From the NCBI GenBank assembly GCA_964187785.1, contig OZ076409.1, positions 24,368,001 through 24,432,000 of the forward strand: a stretch of 64,000 nt of DNA. The letters run 5' to 3'. The position numbers were made by a program, and so were the translations under genes. Below, piece by piece: positions 1 through 14,274 of the stretch. This DNA comes from Amphiscolops sp. MND2022. Its lineage: Eukaryota. Numbering within the stretch: position 1 is the stretch's first letter; every line of letters starts with the position of its first letter. The notes under the pieces are model-generated. The model searched no databases. It saw only the letters and a program-made list of their open reading frames with translations, and was not told where the DNA came from.

Positions 1-580
1 ATTGGGGGCACTCCGATTGTGACTTGGGGGTTACAAAACGAATTCCAATGACGTTAATAAGTGAAGTAAATACTAGTCATCATTCTGAAGGAGAGCGAAA
101 TACAATTCCAGGGGTCGAGTTTTCAGTCCGTACTCTTGGTTGATGTCCGAGAGAACCTCTTGCTGAGTGAGGGCGAAATACTCTGGCGGTGAAGTGTGTT
201 TCCTTTTGGCATAAATTATCAATTTAGACAAATCACAATTCGAAGCGTCTCCTCCACTATGGTGCACGTGTTGTTCACAGATTACTAATCAACTACTAGG
301 TGAACCAAAAAAACTGCCTCTCTATGGCCACCATGAAATAACTATAGATTTAAAGGCTTTCTCTATAGATCGTTTGAGAGTCAAAGAATCAATTGAATAT
401 GGCTATATACGGTCGCAAAAATGAATCAAACAATGTATATAGAAAACGACACAACTGACAAAAGATCAAATAATATTAGTCAACAAAAATAACAACAGTG
501 AACATAAATAGCAAGGCCTTTTCTCAAGGTTATTTTACTGAAATGAAGAAAATATTTAGATCTTATTTTCCGAAATTTTA

Positions 581-650
581 CCTGTCCTGGAATCGAACCC
601 AAGACCTTATGGTTCGAAAGCTAGCACACTAACCATTCGGCCATAGCGCC
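581..650 (-). pseudogene. tRNA-derived sequence (pseudo-tRNA / SINE-type head)
   Basis: Minus strand reads GGCGCTATGGCCGAATGGTTAG...GGGTTCGATTCCAGG: A box and B box at tRNA spacing, but acceptor and anticodon stems do not pair well. Confidence 0.6.
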
Positions 651-2069
651 TTGAAAAGGAGCGGATAATATTTGCTTTTAATCTTATCGCTGAATTAATT
701 GCTTGCCAACATGGAGGAGAACAAATTATCGTTGTACAAAAACAAATCTGAAACTGAATAAACAGGCTCAAACACGCATTTCGAGATCTATCTACGAAAA
801 AAATGACAGCCTTCAAGTGATCTCAAAAGATATTGTTAACCCTAACTTGACCCATGGTACAATTCGGCACATTTAGTTTCTGCATTCCTTTCTGCAAAAG
901 CACCAGCTGATTGTATGGTAAGGAAAACTCTTGAATAAGATTTTCAGACAATATTGTATAGAATTCCGCGCAATTTCACGGAATATTGACATGATGTCTT
1001 CGATATCAAGAAAACGGGACCAAAAAATCAAAACAAAATTGAGCGCAGCTCTCCGGTTTTCCAGTTTTCGTTTGTGGCCTTTTTATCCCACTGGTATCAA
1101 CATTGGGTCAAAGCGGCCCCAGCATGTTTTGAAACATGCTGAAAAGCAATCAGAGACACGACGCGTGCAAAGTAAGTTTTGGCGCAAAGTCCGGAGCCAG
1201 TGCGGCGCTAGCGGGCCCCAGCCCAGCGGTTTATAAATTGATAAATTGATCTGGAAGCCCTGATTCTCCTCTTTCGAACGCTCTATAAATCGTTTGTTGG
1301 ACTTCATCCAGGATAAGTTGATGAAACATTTTAGATAAATAAAAAACACTTCTCCTCTAGTGCAAAACCAGCAAACTGACAACGCATATTATTACGACCG
1401 CAAGCGTCGAAAGCTGGGTTCACTGCCTTCTACGTATCACGGCACTCAAATTAAATCAAAAATGGTTGCAAATACCGTCAGAAACGCATACAACTGGTGG
1501 GTTCAGTTGCCAATGTTGATTGTTTTTTTTTAAGTTTTTACACCAAATGTGGTAACTAATGACTTTCAATTAAAATAACTACCTCTTCAACATCATAGGG
1601 AACGTTTCCCAAATCACCTATATTTGGTCTGGATGTTTGGAACGTTTTGGAAAAAGATCGGGAAGCAATGGAATAAAATTCAAAATCACAAGTACTGTGA
1701 ACTAGAATCACCAGGACAATAAACTAATGAAACACTACGTATCAGATCGGAAAAGACCGTGATATTAGAGTCGAACACATGGAACGAAATCATAAGCATT
1801 ACGATGAAGATTGACCAAGATATTTATCCCAAAGCTCTTCAAAAAAAATGATAAGAAAACGAAAGCAAAGCGTTGAACTCTAAAACCACTGGAATAGATG
1901 TAATGACACTAGGAGTATGACATATCCTGTAAAAATATTATCTATGTTCATGTTAAATGAAAACTGAAACTACATTAGTTGTCATACAAGAAATTGACGT
2001 GGATCATGCATGGTCCATGTTGACTCCATGCATTATCCATCTAACTTGGCCTTTTTCTGCTTTTGATCC

Positions 2070-2259
2070 TGAAACGAAGATGTCACTCACATGACTATTA
2101 AATTCGAAGTACCTGCCTATAGGATCATCTTTACTATAGAACACTTAACGCCGGTGCTAAATAGCTTTCAGTTTGATCTCTTAGCATACATACAATTGAA
2201 ACACACTGTTGTGAGATTTCAATTTTAATTCAGTTCTTTTTATCTCATCGATCTTTTAT
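2070..2259 (+). repeat. 5' LTR of gypsy element
   Basis: Begins TGAAACGAAGATG; direct repeat of 6039-6228; followed by PBS. Confidence 0.9.
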
Positions 2260-2382
2260 TTGGCGCAGTCAGCAATTTAATCGACATCGTTAAGGGATAC
2301 CCACTCAGACCCGAATACTTCGGCACAAACGGCCAAATCGACCGTGAATTAAACAAGGATGAATCAAACAGCAGCAGATCGA

Positions 2383-5300
2383 ATGGAGAAAAACAAAAAC
2401 AAAATTCCCATTTTATCGGATAGAGAGACCGATTTAACAAAAATCAACCCACGAATGTGGTGGGAACAAATCTCCGAATATATGCATCTCACATACAATC
2501 GGAATCTGGACGAAATGATGGACCAAGGCACCGAACAGATGGACCCACATACAGTATATCAAATAAAGGGGGATGTTATCTGGGCACTAGGTCCCAAGGC
2601 CAAACACAAAATCATGAGAGGCCAATGGGGCAGAGAGCTGAAAGACGTCAACTTACCAGAACTACTGAAATTATTCAAGTCAAGAAGACATTTATAACCG
2701 CGAGAAATGTGTTCCACAGCCGAGCCCAATTTTTCAATACCAAACAAGAAGACAACGAAACATTAGATGAATATTGGAAAAGGCTCGTAGACATCAAAAG
2801 AAAATGCGAATTCAACAGAATCACCTCAGAAGAAATTATCACGTACAAATTTGCAGCAACAATTAATGACAAGAAAGCCCGGGGCAAATTCATAAAGGGC
2901 CACTGAAACTTCAAATGGTTCTTGAAACCATTGAACAAGACAATTACAACTGCAAATACGGAGACAAGAAGACAAACAAAAAGCACAGAAAACCTCCTTC
3001 CGATAGCTCGTCAAGCGAAGAACAAGTCGCATACACACACCCAGAACGTAAGCGAAAGATGACCGAAACGGGAAAGAAGAAGCTATCAAACCGTAATTGT
3101 CACTTTTGCGGCAAATCGAATTGGTCCTTGGAACACATCTGCCCAGCACGACGAGCACAGTGTAATAACTGCAAGAAAATGGGACACTTTGCCAAAGTAT
3201 GTAAATCCAAAACCGTCAGTCGGATCCAGAAAGAACCAACAACGGACAGCAGCACCGAAACATGGCCAGAAATCGACCACATTCAATCCGTCAACGGCAT
3301 TAACCGGGCTGGTTTTCACGAAGCGATACTATTGGTCCATGGACAGCCAATAGAATTCATTATTGACACTGGCTCTCCGGTGACGATAATACCGCCGATA
3401 ATTAGTCCAATGGAGATAAACAAAACCACAAAAAGCTTTGTAGATGTAAACAAAAGCCCTATAAAATTCAAAGGCAAGGCCATGGTGGAAGTGAAGACGG
3501 AAAAAAGCAAAGAAATTTTAGCCATATTAATTACGGAGAACAAAAACACTCAACCCTTGTTGGGACTGGACTGGTTGGAAAAATTGCAAATTGGATTAAA
3601 CAAGGAAACAAAAACACGAACATTATCCGACATATCGAAACTGACGGAAGACGACAGAAAATCGTAAACGAATACGAAGACCTATTTAAAAACAACCACA
3701 CAATCAAAGTCCTGACCATTGACATTCAATTGGAAAAAGACACAAAGCCGATACAACAGAAGGGACGGCCAGTACCAATACACTTCCAAAACACGGTCAA
3801 AAATGAACTGGAAAAGCTAATCGAAAAAGGACACCTAGAAAAAGCGGACAAAACCACGGAAAGGTGTTTCATTTCACCGGACGTCATTACCATAAAAAAG
3901 AACAAATCCGTGAAAATAGCACTTGATTCAAAAAAATTAAACGAGGCATGTGTCAAGAGAAAGGCAGCAATGCCAAACATGGAAGAATTGATCAGCAAAA
4001 TATCAGCAGAAATCACCAAAAGCAATGAAGAAATTTGGATGTCAAAATTGATTTGGATTATGCTTATGGGCAGGCAAAACTATCCAAAGAAGCAGCAAAA
4101 CATTGTGTGTTCTCGATAATCGGAGGCAATTTTACCGGCCATGACCAATTCAAGAAGGGTTTCTATGGGCTGTCGGATATTCCAACCGTATTTCAAGAAC
4201 ATATCGACAAAGTGCTGGAATTTAAAACACCAGTCTGGCTGGATGACATTTTCTGTGTAACTAACGGAACAATCGACGAACACGAACGGGAAGTGCGAGA
4301 AGTACACAACAAGTTACAAAGTGCCAGCTACAAGGCAAGTGAAGAGAAAACTGAACTTTTTAAACAAGAACTTACTTGGTTGGGCTATCACATAAACCAA
4401 AACGAAATAAAGCCGATAAAAGACAAGACAGAAGCAATAACGAAACTAAGCGCCCCAAAGAATGCCAAAGAACTCAAATCCTTCTTAGGTTCAATACAAC
4501 TTCTGTCAAATTTCATAAACAACCTATCCGAAAAAACCGACAGAATGAGAAAGCTGATAAAGAAAAAAACTCGTTGGGAGTGGACACCCGAAAGAGATGA
4601 GATTTCGAGAATCTGAAGGAAGAGATAACAGAATCACCATGCCTTGCCCACTTCGACCCAAAGAAGGACAACTACGTGACGCTAGACGCTTGTAATACGG
4701 GGCTCGGGGCAACACTCTGGCAAAAAGAAGGAGAAATATTCAGACCAATTGCATTCGCTAGTAGATTCCTCACTGAGTGTGAGAGAAAATACGCTATTAA
4801 TGAACTAGAATTGCTAGGAGCGTTATGGGGGTTAGAAAATTTCAGATATTACGTTTACGGAAAAAAGGTCTATCTATTAACCGATCATCAAGCACTTCAA
4901 CCGTTGGTAAAAAGAAATAGGGCGCACAAGCAATACAGCGCTAGGTTAACACGGTGGTTAGATAGACTGAGCCATTTCGATGTAAACGTTCATTATACTG
5001 CCGGAAAAAACATTCCGCTGACGGATTATTTAGGCCGACACCCGATTGTAATCACCGCTGAGAACGAAACCGAGAATTACGTAAGCGGTCAAACCGAAAC
5101 GGAATCCGAAGAAGAAATCGTGATAAATCAAATACACGGCTTAATTCATTTTATTCAAACGAACGGAAGCAAAAAGTAATTCACAGAACAAACCAAACTG
5201 AGACAAAAAATTGACCAATCACAACACGGCATACGCAAGCGTGAACAGAATAAACAAAATCACTTGCTTGAAGCCTCATTACCATTCAACGGTGTTAATC

Positions 5301-5850
5301 CAACTTTGAAACGTTAAAATCTCAATCAATCCGCATCAGAAGCCAAAATGGATAACGTCAACGGCATTGATATGCATTTTATCTATAAAAAATGAGGGGT
5401 CATTCCCCAGAAACTTACCGACTCTGGACCGAAAGGAAAAGACTCTTGAAGCCGGAAAAGACCAGAATAGTCGGAAAAGGAAGCGATAATGAAAGACTGC
5501 AAGAATACCGGCCCCCACAGCAAGCACGAAAACGAATAGTGGAATTAAATATACAGATGTATAACCGCTTCTTCCACTATTGCGAAACCTGGGAACAACG
5601 CCGTTGAAAGAATATCAACAAAATAAACCACGAATCATGGGTCGTACAAAACTTATCCGACAACGAGAGTCATAAGACAAGAAAAGTGCCCAACAAATGC
5701 AAGAAAGAAATTCCGCAAGCACGAAACCGTCAATTTGATTCGACTAAAGCAGACGGTCAAAACAAATACAATGGACGATGAGCATAACGAAAACACGGAA
5801 GAAACAATCAAAAAAGCGGAAAAAGATTTTGCCTCCGACCTACCGATGCT
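2383..5850 (+). pseudogene. gag-pol pseudogene (gag with twin Cys-His knuckles, protease, RT, RNase H)
   Basis: Frameshifted ORFs carry CHFCGK...HICPARRAQCNNCKKMGHFAKVC, FIIDTGS protease, KIDLDYAY / FYGL / WLDDI RT motifs, and DAC...ELE...TDH RNase H. Confidence 0.9.
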
Positions 5851-6038
5851 TGTGGAAATTGGGAGGGTAGAGTATTTTTAACTTTAGTAGTCATTTAGGA
5901 ACTATATCGAGCCCACTTCGAAGATTCCTGGAAACACCATTCCCGAAGCTAAAGAAAGACGCCCCACAACAGTCAGCCCAAACCTCCAAGGGACCCTCTG
6001 GAAATCAGGACTGGTTCCCCTAACTGCAAAAGGGGGAA

Positions 6039-6228
6039 TGAAACGAAGATGTCATTCATATGACTATTAAGTTCGAAGTACCTGCCTATAGAATCATCTT
6101 TACTATAGAACAATTAACGCCGGTGCTAGATAGCTTTCAGTTTGATCTCTTAGCATACATACATTTGAAACACATTGTTGTGAGATTTCAATTTTAATTC
6201 AGTTCTTCTTATCTCATCGATCTTTTAT
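6039..6228 (+). repeat. 3' LTR of gypsy element
   Basis: Direct repeat of 2070-2259, preceded by a polypurine tract. Confidence 0.9.
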
Positions 6229-8278
6229 AAGTCCTGCAAACACAACAGTGAGGGAAAATCCGAAGAAAAATAATGAAACTAAGTACTTTTTTAGATCTAA
6301 AATAGATTTAACATTGATATCAATTATTTTCTGTAAACCATCGGATTCTTTATATTCTTCGGAAGTGCTACCACAGCCGAACTGAAAGACAAATTTTAGA
6401 GTTTTGAATTGCACTTGAAACAATTTTTTAAATTTCTCTCAAAACTTTTCTGCGAGGTTTTTCTCAAAAACCTATTTTTTGTTTTTTTTTGTTTTTGAAA
6501 AACAGCAGTTTCATGCTCGGATCAAGCACGATCAAGCGTGGCAAGCTATAATTTATAAGATGATGCATGGAAATGCATAATGCATGGGATGTCAACACGT
6601 GTATACGTGTAGATTTTGTATGAATATAGTTTTTTTTGCCCGGGCTAATATTAGGAATGTTTTCCGGTCACTCCCCGCAAACCAAAGGTTCCAACTTACT
6701 GGCTTGTTCAATTGAAAAACGAAAACCGGAATAATTTTTGACAACGACGGGAACCTGGAAATAGCATACCTTCCAAAACTCCCAGGGGATGATTTTCATT
6801 GGAGGGTTTCTTCTTAGTAAAGATCGAATTTCGCATATCCGTTTGTCCAAAAAGATGGACAAAATTTTAATGTTTCTGAATTTAGATTAAGTATTCACAA
6901 GAACAGTGTTTCGTATTTAAATTTTTTCTTTTTCAGGTTTTTTCCAACGTTGATATCGGTTTCCTGTGGAAGTGGCAAGTTCGGAAACCACAGTTTTGAA
7001 ATAAAATTTCAAGTGATCAAATTTTTATTTTACCGATTCGACAAATTCCAGTTTTTTCTTCATGACTATCAATTTTTTAACCTTCTCCGATGATGCGTTT
7101 TATGCAGTTCTTGCCAAGGTATTTTCTTATCAGGTTAGCATTTTTGGCAAGGTTTTTTGGAAACATTGCTATCTTAATGAGACCTTATCATGGTAACATT
7201 TTCACTAAGGCATGATCATTGCAAGATTTTAAACCAAGATAGTGACAGGGTCTTGTCACGATATTCGTGGACGTTCAGCCAGGGAGGTCGAGGGTATGTG
7301 TTCAAGATCTAAAATATGTCCTTAAGGACTTCAATTAGATGATTCTGTATGATATTAAATTGCAGTTTCAAGGTAACTATTTACGTCACAAGTAACATTG
7401 GTATTTTGTTTCCCACTAATGAACTTGTGAATCTCAGATGATTCTCTGAATTTTTCAGGGATAATAATTGTTCAGCCCAACAAAAGCCAAAATGACGTCA
7501 TCTTGAGAAAACTACACAAAATTATGAAGCTACTTTTATCAAAAATCTACGCAAAAACTTTAAAAGTCCACGCCTTGACATGATAAAAAGCCCACATTTC
7601 TTTTTTATCGAAGTTCTGTTATGATGTCACTGACAGCTTTTTAAACACAATTTGATACAATGAAACTTGCAGTTTTGAAGAACCTATTACTGAGATAAAT
7701 CTAGCTATTCAGCAAGAACATGAGAAAGTAATCACGGTTGAACAAAAGCCCTAGTTTGCATTTATTTTCTATTTTCTTTTACGATGCTTTGTTTTTACTT
7801 CAGGTCTTTCGTCAGCCTAGTTCATGAACGTTTTACAACCATAAGATATCGCGCCTCTCCATGTTTAAAAGTTCCCAAAAAGGCCTTCATTTAGTGTGTC
7901 AGTCTAAAATTAGATGAAAAACGCAAAACTGGAATAAATCGAAAAATTCTTGAGACATATCAGAAAGTGATTTTGGTGTTTTCAGTCTGTATATTCAGAA
8001 AACGTACACGACAATTAAGTTGACTAGTTGTTGACTAGTTGACTAGTCGTTGCCTCTGATATAAGATCTAAAGAGTTGTCCACCGAGTTTGACCATCATG
8101 GCTCATTCATGGCTTTTCATCCATTATCATAGCTTTTTCATGGCAATACATAAGAATCATGGCTAATCATCTATGGTGATTTTCATTACATTCAAAATAT
8201 GGCTCATCGTCCAAGACCATAGCTCTGATGAGAACCCATGATTCGCCCATGAAGATCCATTACAGAGAGCTACACATT

Positions 8279-9644
8279 CCCGTACTGAGACTCCATGGCA
8301 TTCCATCCATGGCCATGGATGGTCCATGGCAGTTCCATCCCTGGCCAGGCCTGGTCCATGGATGGACCAGGGATGGCAATCGCCACTTTTATCCCTGGCC
8401 AGGGATGGACCATCCCTGGCCAGGCTTGGAAACCAAAAGTCCGGAAAGCTCAAAACAGCTTACAGAAGCTCCGTTTTTTGAAATTTTGAGTCGTCTTTGA
8501 ATCAACGTAAGATTAAAACGCTGCAATGCCCTAGTCAAAATTGCCGAAAAAATTTCTTTTCTTCACCATAATCTGAAATTGTTTTAGTCAATTGTATCAT
8601 TTGATGGGGGACTCTTCAATTCGTCGGACATTCAATCCGTCGAACACGTATTAATTTAGCGACCATGGTATGACGTATTGGAATGAATTGATTTCGGCCA
8701 ATCAAAATCGAGCATTCAAAATTACGATAACGTAGTCAGATATGTTCACATACCCCTAGTGCCCTAAATGCAGGAGCGAAGCGAAGCGGAGCGACGTGCC
8801 ATATGGCCATTCCTCAATGTTGCTACTTGGCGAAGGGAGCGAAGCGACCGAGCCATACAACAAATATGTTAATCGCCACAAAATATAACCAAATGAAAAT
8901 AATCGCTGATATGGAATTCTTTCGACGCATTGAATAGCTTTGCATTTTTCGACAATTTGAATGTTCGACGAATTGAAGTTGCACCCATTTGATGAAACAA
9001 TTTAAAACAATTTGGAAACAATGCTGTTTTTCAGAGAATTTTGTTCCGGCCGGAACCAATGATGATTCCGGCCGGAACCGGAACTTTTTTGAAATCCGGC
9101 CGGACCGGAATTCCGGAACATCCCCAGACATGGGTATAATTGGAGAAGCAAAAAAACCATGACATGTATCAAGAATAAATTCAAAACTAAAATCAGAAAT
9201 TTGAAAAAGGTATTTTTCTCAAAAACGCCCGGTAAAAAGTACACTGTCGACACTGGAGAAGCTAGAAAGGTTTTAAAAAGCTAAAAGCACATTTGTCGAT
9301 AAATCTTAGAAAAAAGGAAAAATCGCCCATTTCTGACCTTTTTAGACCATTCGTGGCTAATTCTCTATGACAGTGACTAGACGTTATTCCTTTAGACGTT
9401 ATTCGCGCCCCTAGCCAATTCAAATTTTGCACTTACTAACGTACATTTCGAACTTTCGCACTTCGAACGAATTTTTGTTCGAAAAATTTTTCGAAACTCC
9501 ATCGGTGGCCAGTGGTGGACCATCCATGTACCATCCATGGCCATCGATGGAATTTGCAATGACCACCTACAAATTGGATCCATTGGTGGCCAGGCCTGGA
9601 CCATCCATGGCCATGGATGGAATGCCATGGAGTCTCAGTACGGG
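8279..9644. mobile_element. Non-autonomous TIR DNA transposon, CCC...GGG ends, 2-bp TSD (CMC/EnSpm-like)
   Basis: ~48-bp perfect TIR CCCGTACTGAGACTCCATGGCATTCCATCCATGGCCATGGATGGTCCA, TT on both flanks, CCATGG-rich subterminal repeats. Superfamily is inferred from termini and TSD only. Confidence 0.85.
8607..8985. mobile_element. MITE with 9-bp TSD (Mutator-like), nested
   Basis: TSD CATTTGATG at 8598-8606 and 8986-8994; imperfect TIR GG...CTTCAATTCGTCG(G/A)ACATTCAA. Confidence 0.75.
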
Positions 9645-11669
9645 TTTTGCTATCCATGGAATGTTCTAGTAAGACTGTGATAATTTAAGCATTTCATTAA
9701 ACACCAATAAGGAGCGTTCAAATGCAACCAATTCTGTTTACGAGAACGGTTACTTCAAAAACATGGCAAATTATCAAATTGTGAAATTTGGAAAATTTTC
9801 GAAAAATCGTTTGGAGTCAACTAGTTGAATCAGATTCATTACCTTGTAATTTTATAAAACAAATTTTTGTGCAAATTGACATATCGTCATTTTTGGAGGT
9901 AGAACTACTAAATTCAGTTCCCCAATTCTATATTTCATTGGTGTTAAAAACATCTCTTTTAACGAAGTAAATGAGCTGAAGGCCTTTTTATGCCTTTTAA
10001 TCCATGATTATCCATGGCATCATGGCTTTTCATATGTGATCATCCAAGATTGATTAATATCTTCCGATGATCATGAAAGGATTTTCGACATGGCGAACCC
10101 ATGTATCATTGACGAATCATGAATGATAAGCAAACGCCTGTGAACCTGAGATTTTGGTCTAGGTTCGTATAAAACAAGAAAAAAATGTAGGAAGGGGGAC
10201 ACTTTTGCAAAAAAAGTCTTTCTCGCAACTGAAATCCTTCCAAAAACCGAAAAAATAAGGAAATTCCAGAAACGTCTCAAAAAGTGGAAAACAGTTCAAT
10301 GGTAAGATTTTTCTTTCACTTCTAGTTCTTAAACAGCGTTCTTAACGAGTAGGATTAGTAGAGTGTGTTAGGAAAATTATATAAAAGCTAAAAACATATT
10401 TTTGGTGATGCAAAACTTTTAGTAGAAATATGGAAAAATTCATAAGAACCACGAACGGCAGGGAAATGATTGCTGAAATTGTTTCAAAAAACCCAGTGAG
10501 TGGAAACGAGTTTTGCTGTGATACATCACAGACGAAGATTTCATTATGAAAAGAGTTTTGAATTAGGTTTGAAAGGATTATCAAAACTTTTCAAATAAGT
10601 TCAAACTATAGTTTAACATTTAATTAGACAGCCTTTGAAGCGATTCAACGGGAGACTGCAGTCTTTATGTAGCAAGAGACATTGCATCAATGCATGGTCT
10701 CAACAAAATCCAAGTTTCAAAAATATAGAATGGGCGAAACTATGATTTTTCGACCAAAAAAACTATGTCAATCGGGGCGAAAACAGACTTCCACTTTGGA
10801 TGTAAAAAACTCTTTAATTGTAAAACAAGACGAGAGCTGAGCAGCGAGATATTTTCCGCACCAAACTGTTCTAGAACTATATAGATTTGAGGCTCAAGAA
10901 TAGCCAATGAACTATGAAAAAAAGCTCGAAGAAAAAAGCTTTGATTCATCTTAGTCCATTTTTAAAGCCAACACCTATTTTATTATTTCTGCAATAGCTG
11001 CCCACTTTTTGTATTTTCGGCACTATGCGACTTAACGCGTGAAGAGAAACTTTTCGAAGACAATTTTCGAGAAACATTTTTCACAAGTTTCAGTTTTTGA
11101 GGTTTTCTGTAAAGGAAATAAGTTTCCCGAGTCTTGGGGGTGACCTCTTTGTTACTTTTGATACTTTGGAACTGATGAGTTTTCTTGATGATTGTGGAAA
11201 TTGCCTCTCTTCATTTTTGGTTTTGGGTCAATCCCAGGTTTTCCTTCTACGTGGGAAACTGCAAAAAAAACATTTTCTGTTTGAAGTTTCACTCCATATC
11301 TAGTGATTTTACTTTTTGAATAATTGAGAGCAATTAACTTTAGAAAATTGTGCGCAAAAACTTGTCTGATATCTTTCCGAAACACTACCGGCAGCTACAC
11401 GTTTCCATCCTGAGCCTATGGGTTTTCTTATTGAAGTAAATTTTCGGAAAGGTTCCAAAATTGTTACTTGGTTGTCGAAAATTGAGAAAATTTGGAAGTT
11501 CTGACAACTTTGTTGTAAACTCGAAGAAATTCATCGTACTTTCTTTCCCAAACAATAACTTTAAATATATCGACATTTTCTGAGTCAATTTGGGGCAATT
11601 TCTATTGCAAATTGTATTTATCTTCCAACGAAAGCTCATTGACACTAGGAGTCCTTACATAGCTTAGGG

Positions 11670-12680
11670 CTTTTAACATTCTAGTCAACGAAGTCTATCG
11701 ATAATTTGACAAAACTTGCAAAAAAAACATTGAAAATTTGAAAATTTTAGGTTTCTCCCATTTTGGACGTCAATTTGAGAAAATTTTCATTTACAAAACT
11801 GCAATTATCTTTTAATAAAAGACTACTAGACAACAAACTCATTTCATTTCATGTTGACCTTTTTGAACATTCCAATCCACGAAGTCTGTCATAAATTTGA
11901 CAAAAATTGCATAAAAACATTAAAAATTCGGAAATTTTGAGTTTTTTGTCTAATTCAGTGCCAATTTGAGAAATTTCCAACATAAAAACCGCAAACTTCT
12001 CTTCATAAAACACTACTGCGCAACCAATTCTTACTTTGATGACCGTTTTCAACATTCCAATCCGCGAAATCTGTCAAAATTTTGACAACAATTGCATAAA
12101 ATTTTTGAAAATTGGAAAACTTTGGGTTTTATGTCAAATTCGGTGCCAATTTGAGTTTTTTTCAACTTGAAAACCGCAATTAACTCTTCGGAAGTTCTTG
12201 TTGACCCTTTTTAACTTTCCAATCCACGAAGTTTGTCATAAGTTTGGCAAAAACTGCATAAAAACTTAGAAATTTTGGAATATTTGGGTTTTTTGTCTAT
12301 TTCGGTGCCAATTTCAGATATTTTTCAATTTGAAAACCGCAATTATATCTTTAAAAAGACTACTGGACGACAAACTCGTTCCTTGTTGACTCTTTTCAAC
12401 ATTCCAATCTACGAAGTGTCGAAAATTTGACAAAAATTGCATAAAAATTTTGAAATTTGGAAAATTTTGGGTTTTTTGTCATTTTCGGTTTCAATTTGAT
12501 ATATTTGTCATTTAGAAAACAGCAAGTATCTTTTCGGAAAAGCCTACTAGACAACGAATTCCTGCCATGTTGAGCGTTTCCAACATTCTAATCCACGATG
12601 TTTATCGAAAAAAAGGACAAAAATTGCATAGAAACGATAAAAATTGGGAGCTTTTTGAATTTTTGTTTATTTTCGGGGTC
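11670..12680. repeat. Degenerate tandem repeat, ~185-bp monomer, ~5.5 copies
   Basis: Motif ATTCCAATCCACGAAG...TTTGACAAAAATTGCATAAAAA recurs near 11678, 11869, 12054, 12217, 12401 and 12585. Confidence 0.8.
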
Positions 12681-14274
12681 CTTTTGGGTCATTATGGGGT
12701 AATTTTCGTCATTCCCAAAAAATCCAAAAGTCTCTACAAATACATATCACACGAAGCTTAATTTACGTGAGCTGAATTCTATGGGTAACGCCCTTCAAGG
12801 TGAATATAAATTTCGTGCTTGGCAAATTTTGTAGAAAAAACCGTTTGATCTAAATATTTTCCTTTCTCATAAATAATAATTTACGACGGAAAATAATGAT
12901 AAAATTCGAAAACGACAGCACCGTAACAAATACCGTATTAAAGTGAAACCCGCATTTAAAACATTCATGTTCGAAATAATCATCAATTTTAGGAGCAATT
13001 TTGAGCACCTGCAGCTAGTAGTTTGCCAGAACCCGCTCCTACTTGCTTATCGCCAAACTAAAGGAAGACATGGTACGCATAATGCTCTCCATTGACGTTT
13101 TTGGCTTGTGAAATGTGATGAATCAAATTTGACGATCCTCTACTAAGTGAACCAAAAAAACAACACACAAAATTTTCACTCTTCAAAGTAGTAATATTTG
13201 TAAACAAGATTTTTCTGATATTCTTTCACTTCATGTCAATCATCCTCTCATTACGTAATCAAATCTTGAACATATAATGATCCGAACCTTCAGAAGAGGT
13301 CTACATGTGGTTCACACTTTTGACGTGTGAAAGTTTATCTGCTTCGAAGAAAAGACGTCAAATGAAGCAGAATTGCAATGTTCGAAGTTGTTTTGAAACA
13401 CTTGTTAAATATTCGAACGTTAAGAGAGCACAAAAACTTTCATGCGTTCCGTGTTTTATGGTTTACCTAGTAGGTTTCATATTCATTTTCTATCAAAACT
13501 TTGGTGATCATAAATCGTCATAAATATTTTGGTCGGATTTCAATCAAAAATATGAAAAATTAGCAGCAGCTTACAGGAAAACGGCATGAAGTTCTAACTT
13601 AGTCAAATTGTTTTTTTTCTAGGTTTTAGATATTTAGATTGAGTACGTTTCTGGCTCTCTAGATAATATTTGTGTGACGTAACGAAAGGATATCTAGCAG
13701 ACGATGAACATGTGGTAATAATATAATCCTGCATGTTTGAGCGCCTTTCAGTCAAGTTGTAGCTTTTAGCGGTTTTGAAGAGACGTTATGTTTTGCTACT
13801 ACTGTTATTTCTAAAGTATTCAAAGTACAAGTTACCACCCCAATCTATCAAAATCCTATGTATGACCATCATTCCGTTCTATACGCGTTCTTATTGCAGT
13901 CTCGTTATTTTAGGTGACCCAAAATTTCGCTCTCAAAAGCTTTTTGCCATGATATTAAAATGGCAAATAAAATAGACCTGGTCCGTATGTATCTTTGTCA
14001 GACCTTAGGATCAAAATCGTTATTATTATTTTAAAAATTCAAATCTTTTAAGCATTTTGAAATTTAACAAAACTTTTTTCGAACAACATTTCAAACAAGG
14101 AAGTTTATTCACAAATTTCGATAAAATATATTGGCTTGTGTGACATAAAACTAATGTTCTTAAATTGCAGTTATGAGTCTTAGGAGCATAATATAATCGA
14201 ATAAGCAAGAAACTAGTATTGTACGTTCTTTCGATAAATCTGGATCCACATAAATAAAAGCACTCTCAGTTCTA

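Larger units (their letters stand above)
2070..6229 (+). mobile_element. Ty3/gypsy (Mag-like) LTR retrotransposon, decayed, integrase deleted
   Basis: ~190-bp direct LTRs at 2070-2259 and 6039-6228 (about 9 mismatches by eye). PBS TGGCGCAGTCAGCA at 2261 (tRNA-Ser-like), PPT AAAAGGGGGAA at 6028-6038, gag-PR-RT-RH fragments inside. Confidence 0.93.

Noticed and set aside
73..267. 64-aa minus-strand ORF with coding-like composition
   Set aside because: No recognisable motif and no linked exons could be established; it may be a terminal exon but this is unsupported.
837..846. TAACCCTAAC resembling a telomerase RNA template
   Set aside because: No pseudoknot or CR4/5-like context is visible; a short motif common in repeats.
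8163..9669. Pro/Trp/Met/His-rich ORFs
   Set aside because: Translations of CCATGG palindromic transposon repeats.
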